Positions 53,491 to 62,767 of a stretch of DNA of 64,000 bases are shown here, one piece after another. The notes below the pieces were generated by a model. It ran no database searches. It was not told where the DNA came from and was given only the letters and a program-made list of their open reading frames with translations. The stretch is from positions 32,001 to 96,000 of the forward strand of contig CAWHCQ010000031.1 of assembly GCA_963827755.1 (NCBI GenBank). The letters run 5' to 3'. Position 1 is the first letter of the stretch, and every line of letters begins with the position of its first letter. The DNA is from an uncultured Gammaproteobacteria bacterium. GTDB lineage: Bacteria > Pseudomonadota > Gammaproteobacteria > UBA9214. A program made the translations under genes and the position numbers.

Positions 53491-53994
53491 CTAGTCTTCC
53501 GCTGCAGGCTCTGCCTTGTCTTTTGGCAACCAGTTCAGGTTACCCTCAACATTGAACGGCAACTTCCTCAGCCTTGTCCCCAGGCTGATCTTTCCGCTCA
53601 GGCGGTAGTTCAGGCTGTCATTGTTCTCCTCACTCATTTTCTGGAACTGCCGCATGACGTTCAACAGGTTACTGACCACCTCAACGTCCAGCAGTGCCTC
53701 GCTGAATGCCGGAATAGACACCGGCTGGCGGCTGACGCCATAGGCAAATTCATGGCCGTTAATATCGATTGAATAACTCAGGCCACGCATCGGGATCGTG
53801 ACATCATTCGGGTTCATGATGCGCAACTGCATGCCGTAGCGCTGCTCCAGCAGACCCATTTCCAGCGGCTGGATGCTGACCAGTGATACGCGCGGGGTTT
53901 CCTCGTAGCCACCGAAGGAGGAGCAGGCAGTCAACGTTATTGCACAACACATCAACAGGATTGCCCTTGCCGATGCACCTTGTTTCGTTGTCAT
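53491..53994 (-). CDS. LEA type 2/WHy-domain lipoprotein
   Basis: Lipobox LTAC; LRIMNPN motif. Confidence 0.85.
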   Translation of the reverse strand: MTTKQGASARAILLMCCAITLTACSSFGGYEETPRVSLVSIQPLEMGLLEQRYGMQLRIMNPNDVTIPMRGLSYSIDINGHEFAYGVSRQPVSIPAFSEALLDVEVVSNLLNVMRQFQKMSEENNDSLNYRLSGKISLGTRLRKLPFNVEGNLNWLPKDKAEPAAED

Positions 53995-54035
53995 GTTCCG
54001 ATTCCTGTTGGATTATGCATGTGTGATGCATCCTT

Positions 54036-54096
54036 TTCGCGGGTGAGACCCGCACCTGCAGGCCAATCCGGCGCAGGAGCGGATCTCATCCGCGAT
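54036..54096. repeat. REP pair, family B (outward-facing)
   Basis: Inverted copy 54036-54059; forward GCAGGAGCGGATCTCATCCGCGAT 54073-54096. Confidence 0.8.
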
Positions 54097-54112
54097 GAAT
54101 CTGGTTCCTTTC

Positions 54113-54820
54113 TCATTTCATTTCGTCGCCCTTGCAGACCGGGCCGTAGGGTGAATCACGGTGGCTGTCATGATAGTGCATCCGGTAGGTAATAAACCGG
54201 TCACTGTCGTCAAAATGCATGAACGGATTACCTTCCAGCTGCTGTTCCATGGTCGAGGTGGTGGTTTCCGAGTAGTTATGGCCGGGATGGATAATGGTTC
54301 CCCCCGGCAGGCCCGTGGCCATGTCCTTGAGGGTGACATACATCTGCTCCGGGTCGCCGCCTTTCAGGTCGCAGCGCCCGCAGCCATAGACGAACAGGGT
54401 GTCGCCGGTAATCAGGTGGTCGCCAATGTGATAACAGGCCGACCCCGGCGTGTGCCCGGGTGTATGCAGCACGTGGATCGGGGTCTCACCCAGCTCGATG
54501 CGATCACCACCATGATGCAGCGTCGGCAAATCAAGCCCCCGCCCCCAGAATCGGGCCTCCTCCCTGAGCAGGTGCAGCTGCGCGTCCCGGGACGCAAGCA
54601 GTTCTTCAATGCCGTTGATATGGTCATGGTGACTGTGCGTAAGCAGGACATCGGTGATGCGCACGCCCTGCCGGGCGGCAAGCGCCAGCACCGCGGGCAC
54701 GTCCCAGGCGGGATCGACGACGGCCGCCCGGTCGGTGGCATGATCATGTACCAGGTAGACAAAGTTCTCCATGGGCCCCAGTTCAAGGGCATGGATTGAA
54801 AATGGCTCGGTAACCGGCAT
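54113..54820 (-). CDS. MBL-fold metallohydrolase (glyoxalase II/persulfide dioxygenase-like)
   Basis: THSHHDH, TPGHTPG, TGDTLF, GCGRCD, PGH. Confidence 0.9.
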   Translation of the reverse strand: MPVTEPFSIHALELGPMENFVYLVHDHATDRAAVVDPAWDVPAVLALAARQGVRITDVLLTHSHHDHINGIEELLASRDAQLHLLREEARFWGRGLDLPTLHHGGDRIELGETPIHVLHTPGHTPGSACYHIGDHLITGDTLFVYGCGRCDLKGGDPEQMYVTLKDMATGLPGGTIIHPGHNYSETTTSTMEQQLEGNPFMHFDDSDRFITYRMHYHDSHRDSPYGPVCKGDEMK

Positions 54821-54959
54821 CAGGACCTCGATTCACAGCTGATGGATGATCCCATTATGGTTGATGTACAGACTCATGGACAACATGCCCCGTCCGGCGT
54901 TCACCACGCACCTGTCTGAGTAGTATGATCACAGCCCTGCAATCCCCTGGAACAAAGCC

Positions 54960-55553
54960 GTGGCCGTCCATAAAATGCTGCTTCACCCGGCAGACCCGCA
55001 CTGCGCGCCGATCACGACGGACACGCTGGCCGAGTGCCTGCAATCCATCGGCCTGATCAGCGATCCGGTCCGGCTCGACGCTGAAACGATATACCCGGTC
55101 GGTGAGCAGTTCCTGCAACTCATCACCTTCCTGGGATGCTCGCCGATGATCGAGATCGAATTACCGGCGGATATTGATTCCCTGGAGGCAGGCAGCCGGG
55201 ACGGGCGGTTTTGCCATGTCAGCCTCAGCGGCGATGGCGAACATTTACACTTTCGTGCCGACGCACACCCACACGAGCCGCGTTGCCCGCATTGCCGCAA
55301 GCCGGATCCAGACTGGCGTGAGCACCTGCACGCCTGGCGTGAAGACCGGCAACGCCTGCACTGGTCCTGTGCTGTCTGCGACTATACGGGGCAGCTGACG
55401 GATTTGAATTTCCGTAAATCTGCCGGATTCGGCAGGACCTTCATCGAAATCCGCGGCATCTATCCCTCCGAGGCGATCCCGGGCGAAGCCCTGCTTGCCG
55501 GCCTGCAGGCCATCAGCGGCTGTCAATGGAACATCCTTTATATCAAGGAATAG
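54960..55553 (+). CDS. Hypothetical protein with a CxxC...CxxC zinc ribbon
   Basis: FLQLITFLGCSP, CPHC, CAVC, IYPSEAIP; coding-like codon usage. Confidence 0.75.
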   Translation: MAVHKMLLHPADPHCAPITTDTLAECLQSIGLISDPVRLDAETIYPVGEQFLQLITFLGCSPMIEIELPADIDSLEAGSRDGRFCHVSLSGDGEHLHFRADAHPHEPRCPHCRKPDPDWREHLHAWREDRQRLHWSCAVCDYTGQLTDLNFRKSAGFGRTFIEIRGIYPSEAIPGEALLAGLQAISGCQWNILYIKE

Positions 55554-55615
55554 GCGGAATTTTCACTGGATGCACCCGTATATGTCACAATAGAGCCTGT
55601 TAAAGCTGTTTATAT

Positions 55616-55649
55616 CCCTCTCCCCAATCTCTTCCGAAGGGAGAGGGAG
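55616..55649. repeat. CCCTCTCCC...GGGAGAGGG palindromic repeat
   Basis: CCCTCTCCCCAATCTCTTCCGAAGGGAGAGGGAG, a common proteobacterial intergenic repeat shape. Confidence 0.55.
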
Positions 55650-55701
55650 TTAAAGCGGCAGACTTGCTGTTCACAGTAAACCAGACCGGGCTATCACACC
55701 A

Positions 55702-55992
55702 ATGAGCGAAGAAAAGCTGAGCAAGGAAGAACGTATCCTGATTGCCATGAAACGGGTGCTGACCGATATCGCCAAGGATACCTACACCCGGCCCGGTCAC
55801 CGCCACCCGCTCTCCGATGATACCGTCAACGACATCCGCCACTGTCTCAGCCTGATCACGGCTCGCGAAGCGGAATTGAATGAAGCGGCCGGACGACCCA
55901 TGAACCATCGACCCCGATTTGTCGATGAACCCCAGTCCTCGGTGGTCGTTCCCCTGACGATCCCCAAGGACAAGGACAAGAAGAAACCCTGA
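55702..55992 (+). CDS. Small hypothetical protein
   Basis: ERILIAMKRVLTDIAKDT..RHPLSD..IRHCLSLITARE..RPRFVDE; coding-like codon usage. Confidence 0.75.
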   Translation: MSEEKLSKEERILIAMKRVLTDIAKDTYTRPGHRHPLSDDTVNDIRHCLSLITAREAELNEAAGRPMNHRPRFVDEPQSSVVVPLTIPKDKDKKKP

Positions 55993-56275
55993 TCCCCCGG
56001 CCGACCTGGTCGGCCTTGCCAATCCTCCCCACCTGACCGGCACGCCCGGTCCGAACCCCACGGCTGCCGCCGGCAATGCCCGCGACAGCACCCTCTCGCC
56101 AAATTTTCAATGTGAAATCAGGGCTTAAGCTTGACCTCGGGCACGCCGATAGAACAGGAAGCAGCGGTCTTCCCGCAGGCACCGAGCTCGAAATAATGCC
56201 GGCGGCGGAAATCTGTTTTTATCTGATTAACAGAGGGTTACATGAGCGGCTATCGGCCGGGGGCCAGTCAGGAAA

Positions 56276-58359
56276 ATGAACACTTCTACACGGGAAGACA
56301 GGCAACACAAACCGGCCGGGAAAGAATACCCGGCAGCTGGTGCAGGCCGGCACGGCCGGCTGCGGCGGCAGGCACACCGGATCAAGCGCACCGGCATCGG
56401 CCTGCTCGCGGGGCTCACCACGGCCTTTATGGTTCAGGCAGCGCAAACCGGCAACGTGCTGCCGGATGATCTCACCGAGATGAGTCTTGAGGCCCTGATG
56501 AATATCGAGGTCACCTCGGTTTCCAAGAAACCACAGAAAAAATCGGAAGCCGCTGCTGCAATTTTCGTTATCACGAATAATGACCTGAAACGCTGGGGCG
56601 TCACCAACATCCCCGAAGCCCTGCGTCGCGTTCCCGGCCTGCAGGTCGCACGCATCGATGCCAACAAGTGGGCCATCACCGCGCGTGGTTTCAACAGCCG
56701 ATTTGCCAACAAGCTGCTGGTACTGATCGATGGCCGCAGCGTCTATACCCCGTTATTTGCAGGCGTCTACTGGGAAGCCAACGAGGTCATGCTGGAGGAT
56801 GTCGAGCGCATTGAAGTCATCCGCGGTCCCGGCGGCACCCTGTGGGGGGCGAATGCCGTCAACGGCGTTATCAACATTATTACCAAATCGGCTGCCGACA
56901 CCCTGGGCAACGTGGTCGTGGCCGGGGCAGGCAACGAAGAAAGGGGGTTTGCCGAGGCTCGTCATGGCGGCGAAAGCAGCGGAGGAAAATATTACCGCGT
57001 CTATGGCAAATTCCGCGCTGTCGACAGCGGCGGTTCGATCAATACAGGCATTCCGGGCATGTTGCCCGGGGCGCATGATGACAGCGATATTGCCCAGACC
57101 GGCTTCCGCATGGATTGGGAAAAAGGCACGGCAGACAGCTATACCGTGCAAGGTGATTATTATGCGGGCAAGGGTGGTCAGCAATTGCTGATTGCCACGT
57201 CCCCTGCCCCGCTGGTGGATGATGCCGATTACAGCGGGGGTAACCTGAGCGGCCGCTGGACACACTCGGGCAGTGACCAGTCCAGGCTGACGGTGCAGGC
57301 CTATTATGACTACGTCAGCCGTGACAGCGCAGTACTCTATGAAGATCGACACACCGTGGATATCGAGGTTGAGCATCACTCCGTACTGAAGGATATACAT
57401 CATGTCGTTTGGGGCCTTAATTACCGCCACATCAGCGACGACACCGAGCCGAGATCGATATTCAGTCTCAGCCCGGCAAAGCGCAACATCAACCTGTACA
57501 GCGCCTTCCTGCAGGATGAGATCAGTTTCTGGGACGACAAGGCAAAGTTAACCCTCGGCTCCAAGTTCGAGCACAATGACTTTAGCGGCTCGGAAGTTCA
57601 GCCGAATGCGCGTTTCGCCTGGGTCACCGATGCAGGCAACACACTATGGGCCGCTGCCTCCCGTGCCGTACGCACACCCTCCAGGGGTGAACATGCGGTA
57701 AGCCTGGCTGTTATCCCGCCCCGCCGGCACACCGCCACTGACGATCCTGGGCAACGATAATTACGACTCCGAGACACTGACCGCGTACGAGATCGGCTAT
57801 CGCTTCACACCGAACGATAATATGTCCGTCGACCTGACAGCCTTCTTCAATGAATATGACGAGCTACGGACTATCGAATTCTTAACTCCCGCATCTGCGC
57901 ATATTCGAAAACAACATGAAAGGACACACCCACGGTGTTGAAGTAGACACACACTGGAAGGTCAACGACCGGCTTGACGTCAATGCCAACTACAGCTGGC
58001 TTGAAGTCGACCTTGACCTGGTCAATGGAAGCATGGATGCCATGTCAGAAAGCGCGGAAAACGCCTCCCCGCAACACCAGGCGAATATCTGGCTTGCAAC
58101 CGACCTCGGCAAGCGCGTTGAACTGGATGCCGGCATTCGGTATGTAGGCAGCCTGGAAACTTTCGGATTTCCCAAAACAGACAGCTATGTAGCCGTAGAC
58201 GCCCGTCTCGGCTGGTCACCGCGCCATGGGGTTGACCTGGCGCTCGTTGGACAAAACCTGTTTGACAATGCGCACCCCGAATTCAACCCGGATTTTATTT
58301 TCTCGGTTCCGACCCAGGTTGAACGCAGTATTTACGGCAAAGTTACCCTGAGCTTCTAG
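56276..58359 (+). CDS. TonB-dependent receptor (two apparent +1 frameshifts, near 57720 and 57900)
   Basis: LTEMSLEALMNIEVTSVSKK, IEVIRGPGGTLWGANAVNGVINII plug; hidden middle frame GNDNYDSETLTAYEIGYR; terminal Phe. Confidence 0.92.
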
Positions 58360-58362
58360 ACG

Positions 58363-58930
58363 ATGATCGACTACTGGAAGAAAACCGGCCTCAAGTTCGT
58401 CCTGCCGGTTATTTTCGGAACATTGCTGACCGGTGCGTCTGCCTTCAGCATGGCGGAAGACAGCGTGTCCACTGAATACAGGATCAAGGCGGCATTCCTT
58501 TACAACTTTTCACGTTTTGTCACCTGGCCCGGAGAGACCGGCGAGGTCGCAGGCACGTTTAACCTGTGCATCTTCGGTGGCGACCCCTTCGGTCAACTGC
58601 TGGACGCACTTGCAGGAAAATCCGTACATAAAAGCCTGCTCGAGGTAAAAAGGATCAAGAATCCGGATGAGGCCCGGGAATGCCAGATAATTTTCATCGG
58701 CAATACCAGTGACCGGCGATCTTGAAAATATTATGTCGTCGCTGCGGACTCAACCGACACTGACGGTAAGCGACAAAAAGGGGTTCACCGACCATGGCGG
58801 GATCATCCAGTTCAAGCTGGTCAACAACAAGGTTCAGTTCAATATCAACATCGACGCAGTAAATAAAGCAGGCCTGACAATCAGCTCGAAATTACTTTCC
58901 CTGGCAACCGTTGTAAGGAACGACCAGTAG
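58363..58930 (+). CDS. YfiR/DUF4154 periplasmic regulator (apparent +1 frameshift near 58713)
   Basis: EYRIKAAFLYNFSRFVTWP, two Cys, LTVSD, FNIN, ISSKLLSLA. Confidence 0.9.
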
Positions 58931-58937
58931 ACTTGCA

Positions 58938-61085
58938 ATGAAATTCTTTTCCGGCATATCAATACGGCACAAGGTCACACTGCTAATCGTGGCCATCAGT
59001 TCCGTGTCCCTGCTGCTTGCAAGCATCGCCTTTATAGCCACGGACAGACTGAATACCCGAAACCTGATCGGCAGCAATCTTCATACCATGGCGGATATTA
59101 TCGCCGCCAACAGCAGTGCGGCGCTGCTGTTTGGTGATACCCGGGCAGCAGAGGAGAATCTCGGCTTCCTGGAGGCCCAGGAACATATCGAGGTAGCGGC
59201 TCTCTTCGGGATCGACGGGGAAATGTTTGCCAGCTACCTGAAACCGGGATTCAGTGCCGACCTGCCCGGGCTGGAGCATAAAAATACCGACCTGCTCTTC
59301 CGGGACAATTTCGTTGAGTTATACAGAAATATCACCCATGAGGGTGAAACTATCGGCGTTGCATATATCCGCTCCGACATGAAGGCCTTGCAAGACCGGC
59401 TCGCATGGTTCATGGCAATCGTCTGCACCGTGCTGCTGGCCTCCCTGACAGTGACCTTGACGATGAGTACGCAGATGCAGCACATCATCACCGATCCGTT
59501 GCTGCGGCTTTCTGCTATCGCGCGACAAATCTCCGCGGAGAAAAACTACTCGCTGCGGGTTATCGGTGAAGGAAATGATGAGCTCGGACACCTGATTATC
59601 GACTTCAACAGGATGCTCGATGAAATCCAGCTGCGCGACAACAAGCTCAAGTACCACAGGATGCAACTGGAAGAACGTGTCGCCATGCGCACAAAAGAAC
59701 TCGAGGAAAGCAACAGCCAGCTCGCACTCTCGAAAAAGAGCGCGGAAACAATTGCGAAACGCATGGAGTACCACGCCCACCATGATGACCTGACCGGACT
59801 ACCGAACCGCACATTGCTGAATGACCGTATAAATTCCGAGCTCGCGCATGCGCGGCGTCAGCAGTCAATGATGGGGCTGCTCTTCCTCGACCTCGATCGT
59901 TTCAAGATTATCAATGATTCACTCGGTCATGCAGTCGGAGACCAGTTGCTGCGCGTCATATCCCGCCGTCTCAAGAACTGTGTCCGGGAGGAAGACACTG
60001 TTGCAAGGCTGGGTGGTGACGAGTTCCTCATTTTACTGCCACGCATAAGCAGTTCGTCGGATGCAGGGCGCGTTGGAAGAAAGATTATCGACACCCTGGT
60101 CGAACCTATCAGTTGTAACGGTAACGAACTCAGCATCACAACCAGCATCGGCATCAGCATCTATCCGTTTGACAGCACCGATGGCGACACCCTGATCAAG
60201 AACGCAGACATCAGTATGTATCGCGCAAAGGAACTGGGGCGCAACAAGATTGTTTATTACACGGCTGAAATGAATGCAGGATCGCGCAAGAAGCTTGCTC
60301 TTGAAACAAACCTCAGAAAGGCGGTGGACAAGGGCGAACTAATGCTTCACTACCAGCCAAAAATCAATACCGCTGACAATACAGTTGTCGGTGTCGAGGC
60401 CTTGCTGCGCTGGAATCATCCCACGATGGGCGCGATCAGTCCGGCCGAGTTCATTCCGGTTGCCGAAGACAGCGGCCTGATTATACCGATTGGAAAATGG
60501 GTAATTGAAACAGCCTTCAAACAGCTCAGGCAATGGCATGATGCCGGTCATGATCAACTCACCATGGCCGTCAATATTTCATCCGCCCAGATGTCGCGCT
60601 CCGGGCTCGTTAAAATTATCAGCGATGCACTTTCCGATGCAGGCATCGAACCCGGGAAGGTAGAGCTGGAAGTTACTGAAAACGTGGCAATGCAGGATAT
60701 CAACTCGGCAATTACCACCCTCGAAAAGCTCAAGAATACCGGTATTAATATTGCCATGGATGACTTCGGCACGGGTTATTCGTCACTCGGTTATCTGCAC
60801 AAATTGCCCATTGACATTGTAAAGATCGACCAGTCATTCGTCCGCGACATTCCTGACAGCAAGGAAGGCATCCTGATTGCCCAGGCCATTATCGCCATGG
60901 CGCAGAGTCTCAACCTGTCACTGGTTGTTGAAGGTATAGAAAACGTCAAGCAACTGAATTATTTCAAACAACAGGGCTGTGACGTCATGCAGGGCTTTCT
61001 GTTCAGCAAGCCGGTGGAGGCCGACGAGATCCTGGGAATGCTCGACACCCGGCATGCCCCGGGCGTCTTCAACATGGTGAAATAA
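58938..61085 (+). CDS. Membrane sensor with periplasmic (CHASE8-like), HAMP, GGDEF and EAL domains
   Basis: Two TM helices, AALLFGD, HAMP (DELGHL..FNRML), REED-GGDEF, EAL, DDFGTGYSS, EGIE. Confidence 0.93.
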   Translation: MKFFSGISIRHKVTLLIVAISSVSLLLASIAFIATDRLNTRNLIGSNLHTMADIIAANSSAALLFGDTRAAEENLGFLEAQEHIEVAALFGIDGEMFASYLKPGFSADLPGLEHKNTDLLFRDNFVELYRNITHEGETIGVAYIRSDMKALQDRLAWFMAIVCTVLLASLTVTLTMSTQMQHIITDPLLRLSAIARQISAEKNYSLRVIGEGNDELGHLIIDFNRMLDEIQLRDNKLKYHRMQLEERVAMRTKELEESNSQLALSKKSAETIAKRMEYHAHHDDLTGLPNRTLLNDRINSELAHARRQQSMMGLLFLDLDRFKIINDSLGHAVGDQLLRVISRRLKNCVREEDTVARLGGDEFLILLPRISSSSDAGRVGRKIIDTLVEPISCNGNELSITTSIGISIYPFDSTDGDTLIKNADISMYRAKELGRNKIVYYTAEMNAGSRKKLALETNLRKAVDKGELMLHYQPKINTADNTVVGVEALLRWNHPTMGAISPAEFIPVAEDSGLIIPIGKWVIETAFKQLRQWHDAGHDQLTMAVNISSAQMSRSGLVKIISDALSDAGIEPGKVELEVTENVAMQDINSAITTLEKLKNTGINIAMDDFGTGYSSLGYLHKLPIDIVKIDQSFVRDIPDSKEGILIAQAIIAMAQSLNLSLVVEGIENVKQLNYFKQQGCDVMQGFLFSKPVEADEILGMLDTRHAPGVFNMVK

Positions 61086-61091
61086 ACCCGA

Positions 61092-61382
61092 CTAGCGTGT
61101 TTCGGCAGGCTGTTTTGGAACATCCCCGCCTTGAGGCAGCACCGGTGGCGATATGTAGAAGGGCCCGCGATAGGGACCTGCCAGAATCGGGCTGTAGGGA
61201 TATGCCTGGTATATTCCCGGACCAAAACCCACGGGTGGCGGTGGACCCCTGTAGAAATCAGAGCGGTTATTGCTGCTCCCGCCAAAGGAAAAACAGAACC
61301 CGAACGCCCCGGCTGCCGAACTCCACGCCAACAGGGCGATCAGGGTGAGCGCGACGGGCAGATCTGCGGCCTTCATTGACAT
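61092..61382 (-). CDS. Secreted Gly/Pro/Tyr-rich small protein (sulfur-globule-protein-like)
   Basis: Signal peptide ending AGA; FCFSFGG, GPPPPVGFGPG, YPY, GPY. Confidence 0.6.
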   Translation of the reverse strand: MSMKAADLPVALTLIALLAWSSAAGAFGFCFSFGGSSNNRSDFYRGPPPPVGFGPGIYQAYPYSPILAGPYRGPFYISPPVLPQGGDVPKQPAETR

Positions 61383-61389
61383 ACGCCCC

Positions 61390-61734
61390 CTACATCAAAC
61401 GATATGGTGTTTCATCCCCGAGATTCAGCACCCGTGACACAATCCCCAACGCCTCTTCGACAAACGGTTCAAGGCTGCCCCATTCAGTGGAGCTGCCAAT
61501 AATCTCCGCGCCATCCCTCATGATGATACGCATCGAATATTCGCGCTTCGGGTCGGCCGCCTTCTCGGCGGTTATATACAGGCCCGGCTCCGGGTCCTGT
61601 CCCTGTACAACGGCAAGAATATACTGGTAATCAACGCCATCGCTGCTGTCGATCTCGCCCAGCACGACAATTGAAAACTCACCCAGCTTGTAGCGACGCC
61701 TGGGTATTGCAGTTTTGAAAACGGGTTTGTTCAC
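61390..61734 (-). CDS. Hypothetical protein (114 aa)
   Basis: GTG start with AGGA RBS: (M)NKPVFKTAIPRRRYKLGEFSIVVLGEI...ETPYRLM. Confidence 0.75.
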   Translation of the reverse strand: MNKPVFKTAIPRRRYKLGEFSIVVLGEIDSSDGVDYQYILAVVQGQDPEPGLYITAEKAADPKREYSMRIIMRDGAEIIGSSTEWGSLEPFVEEALGIVSRVLNLGDETPYRLM

Positions 61735-61863
61735 ACATCTGATCCTGATTGTCCCTGCAAGACAGGGTATCATTAACGCTGGCGCCTTCAAGCAGAATCG
61801 CGCAATGTCTTTAACGGTGTGCCCTGCAAGCCATTCTATAACGGAAAATATTGCGGAAAACCC

Positions 61864-61990
61864 ATGACAGACCTGATCTGCCCCTTCAGTGCCACGCTTG
61901 TAAAGGATGATTCCGGCTGCCGCCGTGCCAGCTGGATCATTCGCCACGGCGGCAGCGAAATCGCATGCAACTCTGCGCACGCGCAAATAA
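61864..61990 (+). pseudogene. Possible N-terminal remnant of a Cys-rich protein
   Basis: MTDLICPFSATLVKDDSGCRRASWIIRHGGSEIACN looks coding; the downstream frame loses coding character toward the REP cluster. Confidence 0.35.
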
Positions 61991-62155
61991 AATGGTCTAT
62001 TGCCCGGCAAACCCGTTATCGAAACTCCCCGACAGAAATCACTAACAAGAACATCCCCGCAAAATCCAGTAAATTACCGCAGGAGCCAGCGCGAGCTGGC
62101 GAAGGTTTTATAGAATATAAAAAGGGCTCTTCCCCAAATCGAGTGGGTAGATTAC

Positions 62156-62487
62156 CGTTGTAGGGCCGAATTCATTCGTTGTAGGGCCGAATTCATTCGG
62201 CCAACAGCCATTATCGCCACTGGAGACAAGCAGGTCACCATGTCCTGTGACGCATTTGTAGGGCCGAATTCATTCGGCCAACCGGCCTACGACGCATTGC
62301 GCAGGAGGTGTCATTCCCTGCACCATCAAGTCTATTGCATCACCACGGTTACCCGCGGTCGTCACCTTTGGATGTGTGATGACGATGAAACACCGCTGGT
62401 CGAATGAATTCGACCCTACAGGGCGCTATGGGACACACCGCTGGTCGAATGAATTCGACCCTACGGCAGGGCCAAATTCATGCGGCC
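62156..62487. repeat. Cluster of six REP palindromes, family C (GTAGGGYCGAATTCATTCGRCC)
   Basis: Forward at 62160, 62181, 62258, 62466; inverted at 62398-62419 and 62443-62464. Confidence 0.88.
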
Positions 62488-62767
62488 AACAACCTTGCCA
62501 TCAGAAGGAATGTGTCTCGTCTAAATTGATGTGTTACCCACTCAATCAGGGGAAGAGCCATAAAAAGATTCGCAAGCTGGCGCTCGCTCCTGCGGAAATG
62601 AAAGGTCCCTGTCATTGGCGTGCAAAGACGCAGGGGCGCCAAGAAAAAATATCTGTGAAAAGCCCGAACATCCTTTGCAATCTCATCAACATCCGCGATG
62701 AATCGCAGACGACTGGCCAGCATTCAGGCGGGGAACAATCACTCGAAGTATGTTCCTCTCCTTAAGG

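Noticed and set aside
62156-62487. CRISPR array
   Set aside because: Mixed orientations, irregular spacers (2 to 118 bp), a GTAG-hairpin REP signature, and no cas genes.
62618-62704. Additional degenerate repeats (GCAAAGACGCAGGGGCGCCAAG-like)
   Set aside because: Single degenerate copies in this window; a repeat family cannot be supported without a genome-wide search.
62376-62765. ORF with the repeated peptide HRWSNEFDPT
   Set aside because: This is a translation of duplicated REP DNA with no coding signature.
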